NCBI GenBank assembly: GCA_024181965.1
Contig: BQXS01010821.1
Span: forward strand, 1 to 32,744
From: Aduncisulcus paluster
Lineage: Eukaryota
Direction of reading: 5' to 3'
DNA length: 32,744 bases
Part shown: one piece after another, positions 16,694 through 26,900 of the stretch
Layout: each line of letters starts with the position of its first letter
Numbering within the stretch: position 1 is the stretch's first letter
Notes under the pieces: generated by a model
Seen by the model: only the letters and a program-made list of their open reading frames with translations
What the model was told of the DNA's origin: nothing
The model's database searches: none
Translations under genes and position numbers: made by a program

Positions 16694-19600
16694 TTATTCT
16701 TCCTTTTCTTTCTTGAGTTTGAACAATTTCCAACCCTCTTTTGTAATCTCCAACATATCATCGTGGAAAGGAATCACAGATTTTCGATGTGCGACACTGA
16801 TCATAGTGATATCAAGTCTAGCCATCTCTGAGAGAAGTCTTTCCTCAAGATCTTGTTGAAGCGCAGACGTAGCTTCATCCATCACAGCGAAACGAGGACA
16901 GTGCCACAATACACGGGCAAATCCAAGACGTTGTTTCTCACCTCCGCTCAAAATATCACTCCATGGCTGGGAGGAATCAAGATTATACCGGTCGAGGAGA
17001 TTATCAAGTTCACACTTCCTCAGAACATCCACAAACACATGGGCCGGAGTACCGATAACCTGAGATTCAGGAACAGGATATACAATCTGAGCTCTAAGAG
17101 AGGCCCCATTCACAAGATACGGTGTCTGTGGCACAAAGAATATCCCACTGCCAACATCACGAGGCCGACCAATTCGTGTATTCCCTGGCAATTCCCATAG
17201 ACCACCAACAACTCGAAGAAGGCTACTCTTGCCGACCCCACTAGGCCCAACGACAACAATACCTTTCGTTCCTTGCTCAACTTTCATGTCAAGGTGTTTC
17301 ACAAGAGCTTCTCCCTTTGGAGTGGAGACAGATACATCGTTCATGGTAATAGCATCAGGGTTATGATAGTAGTTGAGTTCAGGAGGCTTCATGGAGGTAA
17401 GGGTGGCATGCATCTGAGAAACACGTGATAAAGTTCCCGTAAAGGCTGCAAGTTGAGGTGCCAAATTGAGGAAAAGACACAAAGTAGCCAAGATTTGTTG
17501 GATGGCAGCGAGAATGATCTGGAAGTTTTGCATATCAATTCCAGGCTCGAAGAGATACACCATAATAACAGAAAGAATGGAACCAGCAAACTCATAGATC
17601 AAATGGTTGGTCAAAGAAGCCCAAAAAGTGATGCCTGCAAGACGCTTTTGTTCCTGAATAAGTGGTTTAAAACAACGCTCAGCCTCAGCTTTACATTCAT
17701 CTTCTCCCTCGTAAAAAGCAATACTCTCAGCGAATTCACGATACCTTGAATGGATGTATCTGAAATCACCCTCTTGTTTCTGCCGGTTAGCGGTTGCTCC
17801 CTTCACTCGATAAGTCGTAAGTGTTTGAATGACAACGAACATAACGAAACATGCGATAGGGGTGACAACAATTCTCCAGTCATGGAGGGATATGAGTTGG
17901 AAAAGGAAGACAACGACATTAATTACAACATACCAAGCACCTTTGCTTCCAAACAACAGACTCTCATTCATGGGAACTGTGGATCCACACATGGAGTATA
18001 TGGCAAGAGAAGTATCGGCAACAATTCTTTGATCACTGTTATCAAGGCCTTTCATGGTGTTTTCAACTCTGTAAAAGTTATTGTCTTTGAAATAAAGAGA
18101 ATGGAGATCCTTCGTCGAGTTGTACCTCATATAATTGCCCAGTTTCAATGAACCAAAGGATATCACAGAGTTTACAATCAAAGCAACCAGAGACCACACG
18201 TTGGTCTCTTTGGTCTGCTGTGCGAGAGAATCAATATCTATACTATCGCCTCCATCAGCACAATCCACAGTACTAGTAATATTGCTTGTGGCATACATAA
18301 TCATCAAATTGGTAACTGGAACCAAGATTGTTATAACGACAACGACAATGAAGCTTGTAAACTCGACAGATGCAAGGGAGGTAATACCTTTTGAAAACAA
18401 CAACATAACAGATTTGAAAAAACCCATAGGTGGTGGCACCTGTGGTCTGCCATCCTCATTTTCAAGAGTCACCAAAGAAGTTTCATATTTGGTCTCTTTC
18501 ACAAGTTCCACTGGAGGAATAGCAGACAAGGGATGCCTAACAAGATATTCATCGACAGAACGCACATGAATATTAGTAGGGGTCATTACTTCGATCACCT
18601 TCTTGTGGAAAGGTACGACAGACCTTCGATGCGCAACACTGATCATCGTGATATCAAGTCTACCCATCTCTGTGAGAAGTCTCTCCTCAAGGTCTTGTGG
18701 AAGGGCAGATGTTGATTCATCCATCACAGCGAAACGAGGGCAGTGCCACAACACACGGGCCAAACCAAGACGTTGTTTCTCACCCCCGCTCAAAACATCA
18801 CTCCACGGTTGGATAGAGTCGAGCTTGAACCTCTGCAACAAATACTCAAGTTCACAAATCCTGAGAATATCCTCCATTTTGCCGCACACCTCTTCGTCAA
18901 GCTCAGGGGGTGGCTGAGGATACGTGATTTCAGCAGCAAGCTTCTTGTTGATCAAATAAGGGGTCTGAGGTACAAACATGGCATTCTTTGGCATGGACGA
19001 ATACCCCTCTGGGACTGGCCAGATTCCAGCGAGAACTCTCAATAGACTACTCTTACCACATCCACTTGGACCAACAATAACAACACTCTCCCCTGCTTCC
19101 ACTTCATACGTGAAATTCCGAACGAGAATCACATTGTTTGGATTCAAAACAGTGACATCAAACCATCCACATTTCTCTGGGTGGTGGATAGCAACGGAAG
19201 ACCTTGGGAGAGAGAGATCAACACGTCCAGCAGTGCTCATCCTTCCAGAAGCTCCAGAAATATCACCGAATTCCTCGTCCATGCCACCAGCATTGTATCT
19301 TGAATCTTCACTTGTCATTTCAGACAAAAGAGGAACTTTTTCCTCCTTGACATCGAAACGTTTCTTCTTTCCTTTTGATCCCTTGGCACCTGAACTCCCC
19401 ATTCCAGAAGAAGAGGAAGAAGAGGAAGAAGAAGAAGAGTTAGAGAAGATTCCAAGCACACTTGCCATGTCGCTAACACGCTTGGAAATGCCTCCCAAAG
19501 CAGCGATTCCAGGTCCAATATCCAACAATTGGGAACAACTCCAAATGAAATTAAGGATAAAATTAGCATTGTTGAGGAATGTCTGGCCATCAACACAAGT

Positions 19601-20566
19601 ATTGTCTTTCTTGTATATAAGATAGAACATTGTATAAGGGAACCAATAAATAGAGGTTTGGAAGAAATTTCTATTCGTAATAGAGAGCAACTTTCGATGG
19701 ATGACTCTGTTCATATTCAAGAAGGCACGGAGAAGGAGGTTGTCAGCAATTTCTTTCTCATGATTCCCACCCTCATAAAAGGCAATACTTTCCATACCCT
19801 CACGAACAGTTGCATGGTGGAAACGGAACTCTCCCTCTCGTTTTTCCTGTTGTGCAACAGGTTTGGGAAGTGGAAGATTTGCAGCCCAAGTCAACAGGAC
19901 TGAAAAGAAAAAGAATATAATGCAAGACACCACCATAACTGGCTGATTCACTTTGAATAAGCAGATCAATGGGACCACAAAGTATCCAAACATGCAAAGT
20001 ATCCCACGAACACCAAATATCACACCGTTTGTTGTCGGTTCCACACTTCCACACATGAAAGAACAATAAATTCGAATATCTGAAGCTAGACGTTGATCAG
20101 TATTATCAATAAAATCATTGTTATTACTGTTGTAAAATTTAGAAGAGGAGAAATACAATTCATGGAAATGATTTGTTAAAAGTTCTCTCCAACAAGCACC
20201 CGAATAGAATCCAATCCAATCACCAAAACTAAGACTGGCAGATTGGAAAAGAATAACCATAGTGCACTGTAGGGCATACTTCCAAAAAGTAGAATCGTCA
20301 AAGCCAGCAGAACACTGAGTGGCTGAACAGATGGCATTATTGAGAGTTGTAGAGATTAATGTCGGACAAGCACTAACAACAATAACCATGAGGATATTCA
20401 AAACCAGAAGAATAATCATTTCCCGAGAATTAAACCCGATTTTAAATAAAACCTTAAAAGTTTCCCAGAAGCCAAAATGTTGATATTTTGGCCAAAATGT
20501 TGATTTATCATTTACATCAGTTTCACTATCATCTTCGTGATGCTGTTTATAATCGGAATTATTCAT
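16694..20566 (-). CDS. Full-size (TMD-NBD-TMD-NBD) ABC transporter of subfamily D
   Basis: Both halves have ABCD loop motifs (DNTDQRLASD / DNSDQRIVAD), EAA regions (EGEFRFHH...ESIAFYEG / EGDFRYIHSR...ESIAFYEG), Walker A (GPSGCGKSS / GPSGVGKSS), Q-loop FVPQTPY, signature LSGGEKQR, Walker B (AVMDESTSAL / AVMDEATSAL) and H-loop ISVAHR. Confidence 0.95.
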   Translation of the reverse strand: MNNSDYKQHHEDDSETDVNDKSTFWPKYQHFGFWETFKVLFKIGFNSREMIILLVLNILMVIVVSACPTLISTTLNNAICSATQCSAGFDDSTFWKYALQCTMVILFQSASLSFGDWIGFYSGACWRELLTNHFHELYFSSSKFYNSNNNDFIDNTDQRLASDIRIYCSFMCGSVEPTTNGVIFGVRGILCMFGYFVVPLICLFKVNQPVMVVSCIIFFFFSVLLTWAANLPLPKPVAQQEKREGEFRFHHATVREGMESIAFYEGGNHEKEIADNLLLRAFLNMNRVIHRKLLSITNRNFFQTSIYWFPYTMFYLIYKKDNTCVDGQTFLNNANFILNFIWSCSQLLDIGPGIAALGGISKRVSDMASVLGIFSNSSSSSSSSSSSGMGSSGAKGSKGKKKRFDVKEEKVPLLSEMTSEDSRYNAGGMDEEFGDISGASGRMSTAGRVDLSLPRSSVAIHHPEKCGWFDVTVLNPNNVILVRNFTYEVEAGESVVIVGPSGCGKSSLLRVLAGIWPVPEGYSSMPKNAMFVPQTPYLINKKLAAEITYPQPPPELDEEVCGKMEDILRICELEYLLQRFKLDSIQPWSDVLSGGEKQRLGLARVLWHCPRFAVMDESTSALPQDLEERLLTEMGRLDITMISVAHRRSVVPFHKKVIEVMTPTNIHVRSVDEYLVRHPLSAIPPVELVKETKYETSLVTLENEDGRPQVPPPMGFFKSVMLLFSKGITSLASVEFTSFIVVVVITILVPVTNLMIMYATSNITSTVDCADGGDSIDIDSLAQQTKETNVWSLVALIVNSVISFGSLKLGNYMRYNSTKDLHSLYFKDNNFYRVENTMKGLDNSDQRIVADTSLAIYSMCGSTVPMNESLLFGSKGAWYVVINVVVFLFQLISLHDWRIVVTPIACFVMFVVIQTLTTYRVKGATANRQKQEGDFRYIHSRYREFAESIAFYEGEDECKAEAERCFKPLIQEQKRLAGITFWASLTNHLIYEFAGSILSVIMVYLFEPGIDMQNFQIILAAIQQILATLCLFLNLAPQLAAFTGTLSRVSQMHATLTSMKPPELNYYHNPDAITMNDVSVSTPKGEALVKHLDMKVEQGTKGIVVVGPSGVGKSSLLRVVGGLWELPGNTRIGRPRDVGSGIFFVPQTPYLVNGASLRAQIVYPVPESQVIGTPAHVFVDVLRKCELDNLLDRYNLDSSQPWSDILSGGEKQRLGFARVLWHCPRFAVMDEATSALQQDLEERLLSEMARLDITMISVAHRKSVIPFHDDMLEITKEGWKLFKLKKEKEE

Positions 20567-21225
20567 AATATAACTCCTTTGCCAGCCAAAAAAGATTGTT
20601 TATTGGATTGGAAAAAGGTAGAATCGGCTAAATCACATTTCACTGAGAAATACCTTATCCGTAATAATATTCATTAATAACCAGGAGAGTATTTTACTAT
20701 TATATTTTTTTTATTGCATCATTTCATTTGCATCGAGCGATTTGAAGAAATTTCAGAAAAAACCTTCAATTCAAAATGAACATAAATTATTTGAGCATTT
20801 TATGATTCTAGGTTAAGTGAATGTTCGTTTAGCAGCAGCATCTGGCTGGAATTATCTCTTGAAGACGATTTAGACATGGTTCTTCCTTTACATGGTATTC
20901 ACTTTTACTTGTACTAATATGACGGCAAAACTCTGCAAAAGTGATGATCACTTTTCAAAATGTCTGAAATGAACTACCATCAAAAGGAAGTTTTTGTTTA
21001 TTTCTATTCGCACAACTGCAGATTAAAATATGATATTTTCTGCTTTTAGTTTTTCGGACCTTCATGTTTTTCTGCTATAAACCCCAAAAAATTCGATATT
21101 CAACAATCATTATTGTGCGTTCAGTTATTGGGGAAGGCCTGTTTGAGAAAAATTCGGTTGCGTAGTGACACTTTTCATGAAACCAGCAATATTCCATTCT
21201 GCAAAAATAAGTGACCATATTTAGA

Positions 21226-21723
21226 ATGTGGAACCAAGATGCCGAACTCTCTCATTGCGTCCATTTGGCTGTAACAACTCGAGTGAGCTTCCAAACTCTC
21301 ATATTTGCAATGTTCTACATGTTTTTGCTCCGTCCTACTGAATTTGGACAGTGCTGCGGCTGTTATTGTCGAACTCAAGAGGACGTTTGGCCGATAATTG
21401 TTTGTTGTATCGGTCATGTCCTTATATCCATCGCTGTCTACATTCTCGTTGGGTTTTCTTCCCTTTTGGGCACTATAAACCTCGGAGATGATTGGAATAG
21501 AGACCTGTTTGAGCATATCAATGCATCACTCTGTGATCCCTTCGCTTTTGTTTTCCTATACGTTGGTCGGATCTCTCGGTCTATTTTCAAGGACATTGAT
21601 CTTGTCGGTGTTATTCGGTTATATCCTATTTTTGTACTGTTGTTCTCTCTTAATGATTGGGTGTGTTTGTTTGGATTAGCGGGTTGGTTTGTTCTCTCTT
21701 TCTTCAGAATTCGAATAAAATAA
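21226..21723 (+). CDS. Possible small multi-pass membrane protein, or remnant of a longer decayed gene
   Basis: 165-aa ORF from ATG 21226 with 3-4 hydrophobic stretches and a CCGCYC cluster. The flanks contain stop-interrupted hydrophobic frames. No homology recognised. Confidence 0.4.
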   Translation: MWNQDAELSHCVHLAVTTRVSFQTLIFAMFYMFLLRPTEFGQCCGCYCRTQEDVWPIIVCCIGHVLISIAVYILVGFSSLLGTINLGDDWNRDLFEHINASLCDPFAFVFLYVGRISRSIFKDIDLVGVIRLYPIFVLLFSLNDWVCLFGLAGWFVLSFFRIRIK

Positions 21724-22319
21724 GCTGTCAAGTGGGGTTGAACATAATAAGTACTACATATTGTGTGGAAACGATCCAATAAATAACAAAGAATAAGGTC
21801 TTATTGAATAGACACCATATTTTTGTGAAAGATTAATCTCACAGACCTTGTAGAAAGATGAAATTGACAGATTGATATAATTTGTTGCAATAGCAGGTTA
21901 GATATCGATATTAATTCAATATGAAGGAATAAAAATTATTTCATGCCGAAAAAAAACATCAGAGAAATCCTCCAAAGATATTGATTGCTGACAAAATCGT
22001 TTGAAAGTTTCGATTTCAGATTTCGTTCGTTTTGTCCGACACTTCCCTCAGAAATCTTCTTTATCCTCCACTCTTTGAGAATATTTTGCTTGGTGTGGCC
22101 ATAATAGTATGTGTTTGTGCGAGATATTGATGGGTTTGCATTGTCATTATTTCTCAAGGGGAATATGATGAATTCAAAACAATATTTATCAACATTTATA
22201 TTGCACTTTTATAAAACATCTCTATTATAATGAATATCATTTCAATTATCTTTTCTTATATCCCTGTCTCTTCTTTTATTTCTTCGAAATCAAACTCCGA
22301 TTCGACCCCAAAGGAACTA

Positions 22320-22339
22320 GTAATAATAATAATAATAAT
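22320..22339 (+). repeat. (TAA)n microsatellite
   Basis: taataataataataataat immediately upstream of the gene starting at 22377. Confidence 0.7.
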
Positions 22340-22376
22340 CGATTCAAACCAAAAACAATTCAATATAGTTAAATCA

Positions 22377-23729
22377 ATGTCTCAACTCCATCAACCTCAA
22401 GTTTCCCCAATTCCTCAGAAAGCTCACACTCAGCTTAAAGCTTTGATAGAATCTATCAAACAATCACCAAATTCATCCGACTTAAAATGCATCTATGAAG
22501 AAAATATTCCCCATCTAAAGACAATTTTCAAAGATTTTACAAACCTTCAGTCTTCAAGAGAACTCCCTTTTGTCGCTTCTTCTCCCTCATATCTTGCCAT
22601 GGATGGAGAAGTATCCAGACAAGAAGTTCTTCTTATTATGGGTAAACATCTTGAAGAACATCACTTTTGATAAGGATAACATCAACCCTCATAAAGACCG
22701 TTGTTCACGACTTTGGTTTGTATTCCATCCTGTCTTGGATGTTGTGAAGGATATTGACATTCCACTTGATGAAGATTATGAAACAGATCTCTGTCCACTT
22801 GATGTTGATATTCTAATATCATGCATTTCATTCTTTTCTCATTTGTGTTGCATCCCTTCACAAGCCATCGAAGTCTGTAATAATATCAAAGATGGACTTC
22901 TTGATGGATGGTTGGAGTTAGCNNNNNNNNNNNNNNNNNNNNAAACATCTTGAAGAACATCACTTTTGATAAGGATAACATCAACCCTCATAAAGACCGT
23001 TGTTCACGACTTTGGTTTGTATTCCATCCTGTCTTGGATGTTGTGAAGGATATTGACATTCCACTTGATGAAGATTATGAAACAGATCTCTGTCCACTTG
23101 ATGTTGATATTCTAATATCATGCATTTCATTCTTTTCTCATTTGTGTTGCATCCCTTCACAAGCCATCGAAGTCTGTAATAATATCAAAGATGGACTTCT
23201 TGATGGATGGTTGGAGTTAGCAAAGAGAATCAAAAAATATGAGAGGAATAATAATGTTATTGAATGCCTGTTTAAACTTATTTCCATGTTTCCTGCTGTT
23301 CCAGAACTTATTCCATATATTGCTGGTAAATACGATGAAATTGTGGAGTGGTATCACAGTGATGATGGAAGTGTGAATGAGATGTATGAAAAATATTTGA
23401 CAGAAGTATGTGCATCAAGATATTTCATAGAGCACGATTCTCGTCTAAAGAAGTTATCAGACGATATCGAAACAATTACCAAGAAATCAATGGATTCAGA
23501 TGGTCCTTTAAATCTATACCCTGAACATATTAGGATCATTGAAATGCTTGCAAAGAGAAACTCTTATTTCATCAGACTTCCTTTACTTACCCTTATCAAA
23601 CCATTTCTTATAAATATGTTGAAAGGTCCTGACTATTTAGATTTGTTCCGTGGTGATTATGATTTGTTCAGTAGTAATTATCTTTTGGGTTTCTTTTTGA
23701 TTAGAATAGATGATAATAATTTTTTGTGA
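22377..23729 (+). pseudogene. Frameshifted member of a lineage-specific alpha-helical protein family (pseudogene or mis-assembled gene)
   Basis: ATG 22377 gives MSQLHQPQVSPIPQKAHTQLKALIESIKQ...IFKDF. The sequence continues in another frame as SLLLPHILPWMEKYPDKKFFLLWVNILKNITFDKDN...LWFVFHPVLDVVKD. After removing the 299-bp gap duplication the length is 3n+1, so a frameshift remains around 22540-22590. Confidence 0.6.
22644..23221 (+). repeat. 279-bp exact duplication flanking a 20-N gap (probable scaffolding overlap artefact)
   Basis: 22644-22922 = 22943-23221; Ns at 22923-22942. Confidence 0.92.
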
Positions 23730-23758
23730 TCTAAAAATAGAAATTCTAAAAATAGAAA
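23730..23758. repeat. Tandem palindromic motif TCTAAAAATAGAAATTCTAAAAATAGAAA between convergent genes
   Basis: Identical to 15839-15867. It starts immediately after the TGA at 23727-23729. Confidence 0.7.
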
Positions 23759-23929
23759 TCACTTCTGAAATATCCATTTTTACTCCAAAACGGTTCATTT
23801 AGTGATCAAAATAACATTTTTAGTGTTTTCTGTTGTCATGGGATATTTTTCACGGGGATTCCTTTCGAAGAAAAGAGTTATCCATACAGGTCTGAAGTTA
23901 CCAAGGAGATTTATTATTTGTCATTCAAT

Positions 23930-26900
23930 TCAATCAATTTCCCATGGATCATCAATTGTTCCAGTTCCAGGAGGTGCAAATGAAGAATTGGAGTTTCTAT
24001 TTGGAGTTTCTGATTGAGGATTTGAAACTGCACTCGGCAATGAAAACACTTCATCAGCCTGTCCTACAGATTCCAGCGGATTTTCAAGAGCTCCAGATGA
24101 AGAATGAGTAATTGGAGGTCTCTGCGGAACTACTGGGAAATCATTTTCAATTGAAATGATCTCAACGTCATCATCCTCTTCCATTGGAGCCACACTTGTT
24201 GCATTAGAAATTGGACCTATATGATATCTTGGTGGAGCCTGTGCCAGAAATGGTAATCTTCGATCTCTTGAAGCTCTTGCAGCGGCCTGTTCAATGAGCC
24301 TTGTCATATAAGGAAGATGTCGATGACGATGATCAATTGCTCCCTCAAATAAAGAGTCATCATAATCATCATCGGAGTATTCATCAGGCAAACGCCGAGC
24401 ACGATACCAGTATGGTGGTTCCTCACCCTCTTCTTCTAGCACTTCACGACGGAATATATCACGCCGAATTTGCTCAAATCGACGCTCAGCCTCCTTCTCG
24501 GCTTCATTCCTCTTTTTCTCATTATCATCCTTTCCATTCCCCGCCTCACTGATCCGACGCTTTCCAATGGTACCCAAAGAGCTCCCCCCTGCACCACTGG
24601 CATTAGACTCTCCTCCCCTGGCTCGTTGATCCTCTTCAAGAGCATTGGCCCAACTATCATCGCTGGAACTCTCAGAGTCGTCGGATTCTCCATTCAGATC
24701 TTCTTCTGAGGATCCTGCGCTTGTCACAGATGCAAGAGCCTGCTCTAATTTGGGAACATCAATGATATATTTGGGAAGATAATATTCCAGTTTAACCATT
24801 TCGAACAACGAGAGTTTTGGCAACACCCGAATATCACCATTTCCAATCTCCGTTTGATTCTTCCCAATGAAGGAATCATAAAGGATTAATATTTCATTCT
24901 TTTCATCCTCTGTCAGTTCTCTAACGGGAATATCATCAATCTTCCGCTGTTGGACACGAGGATCCAATAAAACAGAAAGAAAATCAGTATCGACGATCAA
25001 ATCATCCAACGCAATAGATTTCAAGCAACAAGGACATTGATATTTCTTGCTATATAATGAAAGAAAGAGAAACGATTCGAGATCAAAGCAAGTTTTGTGT
25101 TGACAATGTTCACTCCGGGCTGGAATCTTACACATTCCACGTAATAACGGACAAGTAATGGGTAAAGACACCATGCATTCTTCGAGATCACTGTCCTCTT
25201 CATCTTTCTCGTCTTTCTTTTTCTTCTGATAAGAGAGTAACGGAAGAGATTGATTGGAGAGCTTTTCCAGGATTGATTTCTCTCTCTTCTTTAAGGAAGG
25301 CTGTTTCTTTCCCAATAATGATAAATGTTTCTCATCATCTTTTAAATAATAATCATATTTCCATGAAGGGAACGAAGGCAAAGCATTCACGTAGAATCGA
25401 ACAGGTTTGGATGTCACCGATGCACTCGTACTCTGCTTCTGAAATCTATCATCCCGAGCTACTTGAACGAATCTACTACGAACAGAACCAACTGGAGCAA
25501 CAGTGGATGTTTTATCACTCTTGTCATGCTGTAATACTCCAGAAGTTGTAGTCATTGTCCTAGTCCCTACTGTTTGTCCCCCTGATGTGGGTACTGTACT
25601 ATTCTGTCGATATAACTGAGACGCGGGGACATATTCTCTCTTGCTAGTGGTTCCTATCCCAACACTCTCATTATTCACTCTCTGAGATGAAGATCCAATA
25701 TCGGGTGAATGTGCTGGAGGTACAAATTTTGGTGGAGGTACAGATTTTGGTGGAGGAGGTTGAGTAACAGGAGGAGGTGGTGGTGGCTTTGAAGAAAGTT
25801 TAGTAGAAATACTGGCTTTGATTTGTTCAATAAAACGGAGTCTCAATTCAGCATCATTATTAAAAGGCTTTGAATCAGGACTGATGGTGGTATCGGCATC
25901 ATGTCTGTCATCATCGTTATGCTGCAAAAAAACAAGAGAAGGAATACTCTTTACAAAACTATCAATCCAACTGTTAAAACGATGAGGAATTGCTCCAGGT
26001 TCATGTTCTTCTGTTTTAGTAGATTGCGATTGAACATAAGAAACTCCCTTGCGTTCACCCTCCTCTCCTCTCTTCTCCTCTCCTCTCTTCTCTTCACTTT
26101 CTCTTTGTTCGTGTTCTTCCCCTTTTGTGCCCTCATTGTCTACAGATGCTGTTGACTCATCCTGGTGAACAATAGTTGAGGATGAATCAGTGATAACTGG
26201 TGCTTTTGGGTTGATTGGATCGCCCACGTTATTCTCAGCCGGCTGTTCTATGATCAATGATTGAGAATTATTGACAGATTGGACCTCTACTTCTTCTTCT
26301 TCTTCTACTTCTTCTTCTTTTTTCTCTGGAGATTTCTTCATCAGGAGTTTATCAGAAATACTTGAATGAACACCGCTCTTATTCATTACAATTCGACATA
26401 TCTTTGGAATGTCATTCTTGATCGCAAACCGAAATACAGCACCGAAATTTCTATTTTTAGCATACTGAATATGATTTACGGCGTCAGGTCCGAAATGTTT
26501 CTTTTCTTCATACTGCAAGTCATAATTTGAAAAAAAGGGGAGTGATAAATTTATATTGATTGTAACATTTGTTGTGATCCCTTGACATGCTTTGACAATC
26601 TCAAAGAGGGAATTAGGTCCCAATTCATGAATTCTGTCCCAAATCTGAGACCTTCTCTTTTCCAAAGATAATTTGTTGAATTCTTTCTTTTCTTCTGGAC
26701 TCATACTCTCAAGAATAGAAAGCATGCGATTTTGATATATTTTCTTCTTGATTTGTACCAACCATTGAGATACACGGGGATACAAAAGCTTTATAAATTG
26801 ATCCGTAAAATCGGTCACAATGGTATTTGAAGGAAATGACACCGATTTATGAGTTGCCGGTGGTGGACATGAAATTCGTTCCGTAGTTCGTATAGTAGTT

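Noticed and set aside
3971-20066. Many 60-215 aa antisense or alternate-frame ORFs inside the long genes (e.g. 18978..19625, 18135..18569, 7989..8219)
   Set aside because: Shadows of real coding regions. No motifs, and they are fully nested in well-supported genes.
22563-22587. CTCCCT direct repeat 19 nt apart whose collapse would fix the frameshift
   Set aside because: Pyrimidine-rich context makes the match likely by chance, and removal would delete SLL residues that appear to belong to the family motif.
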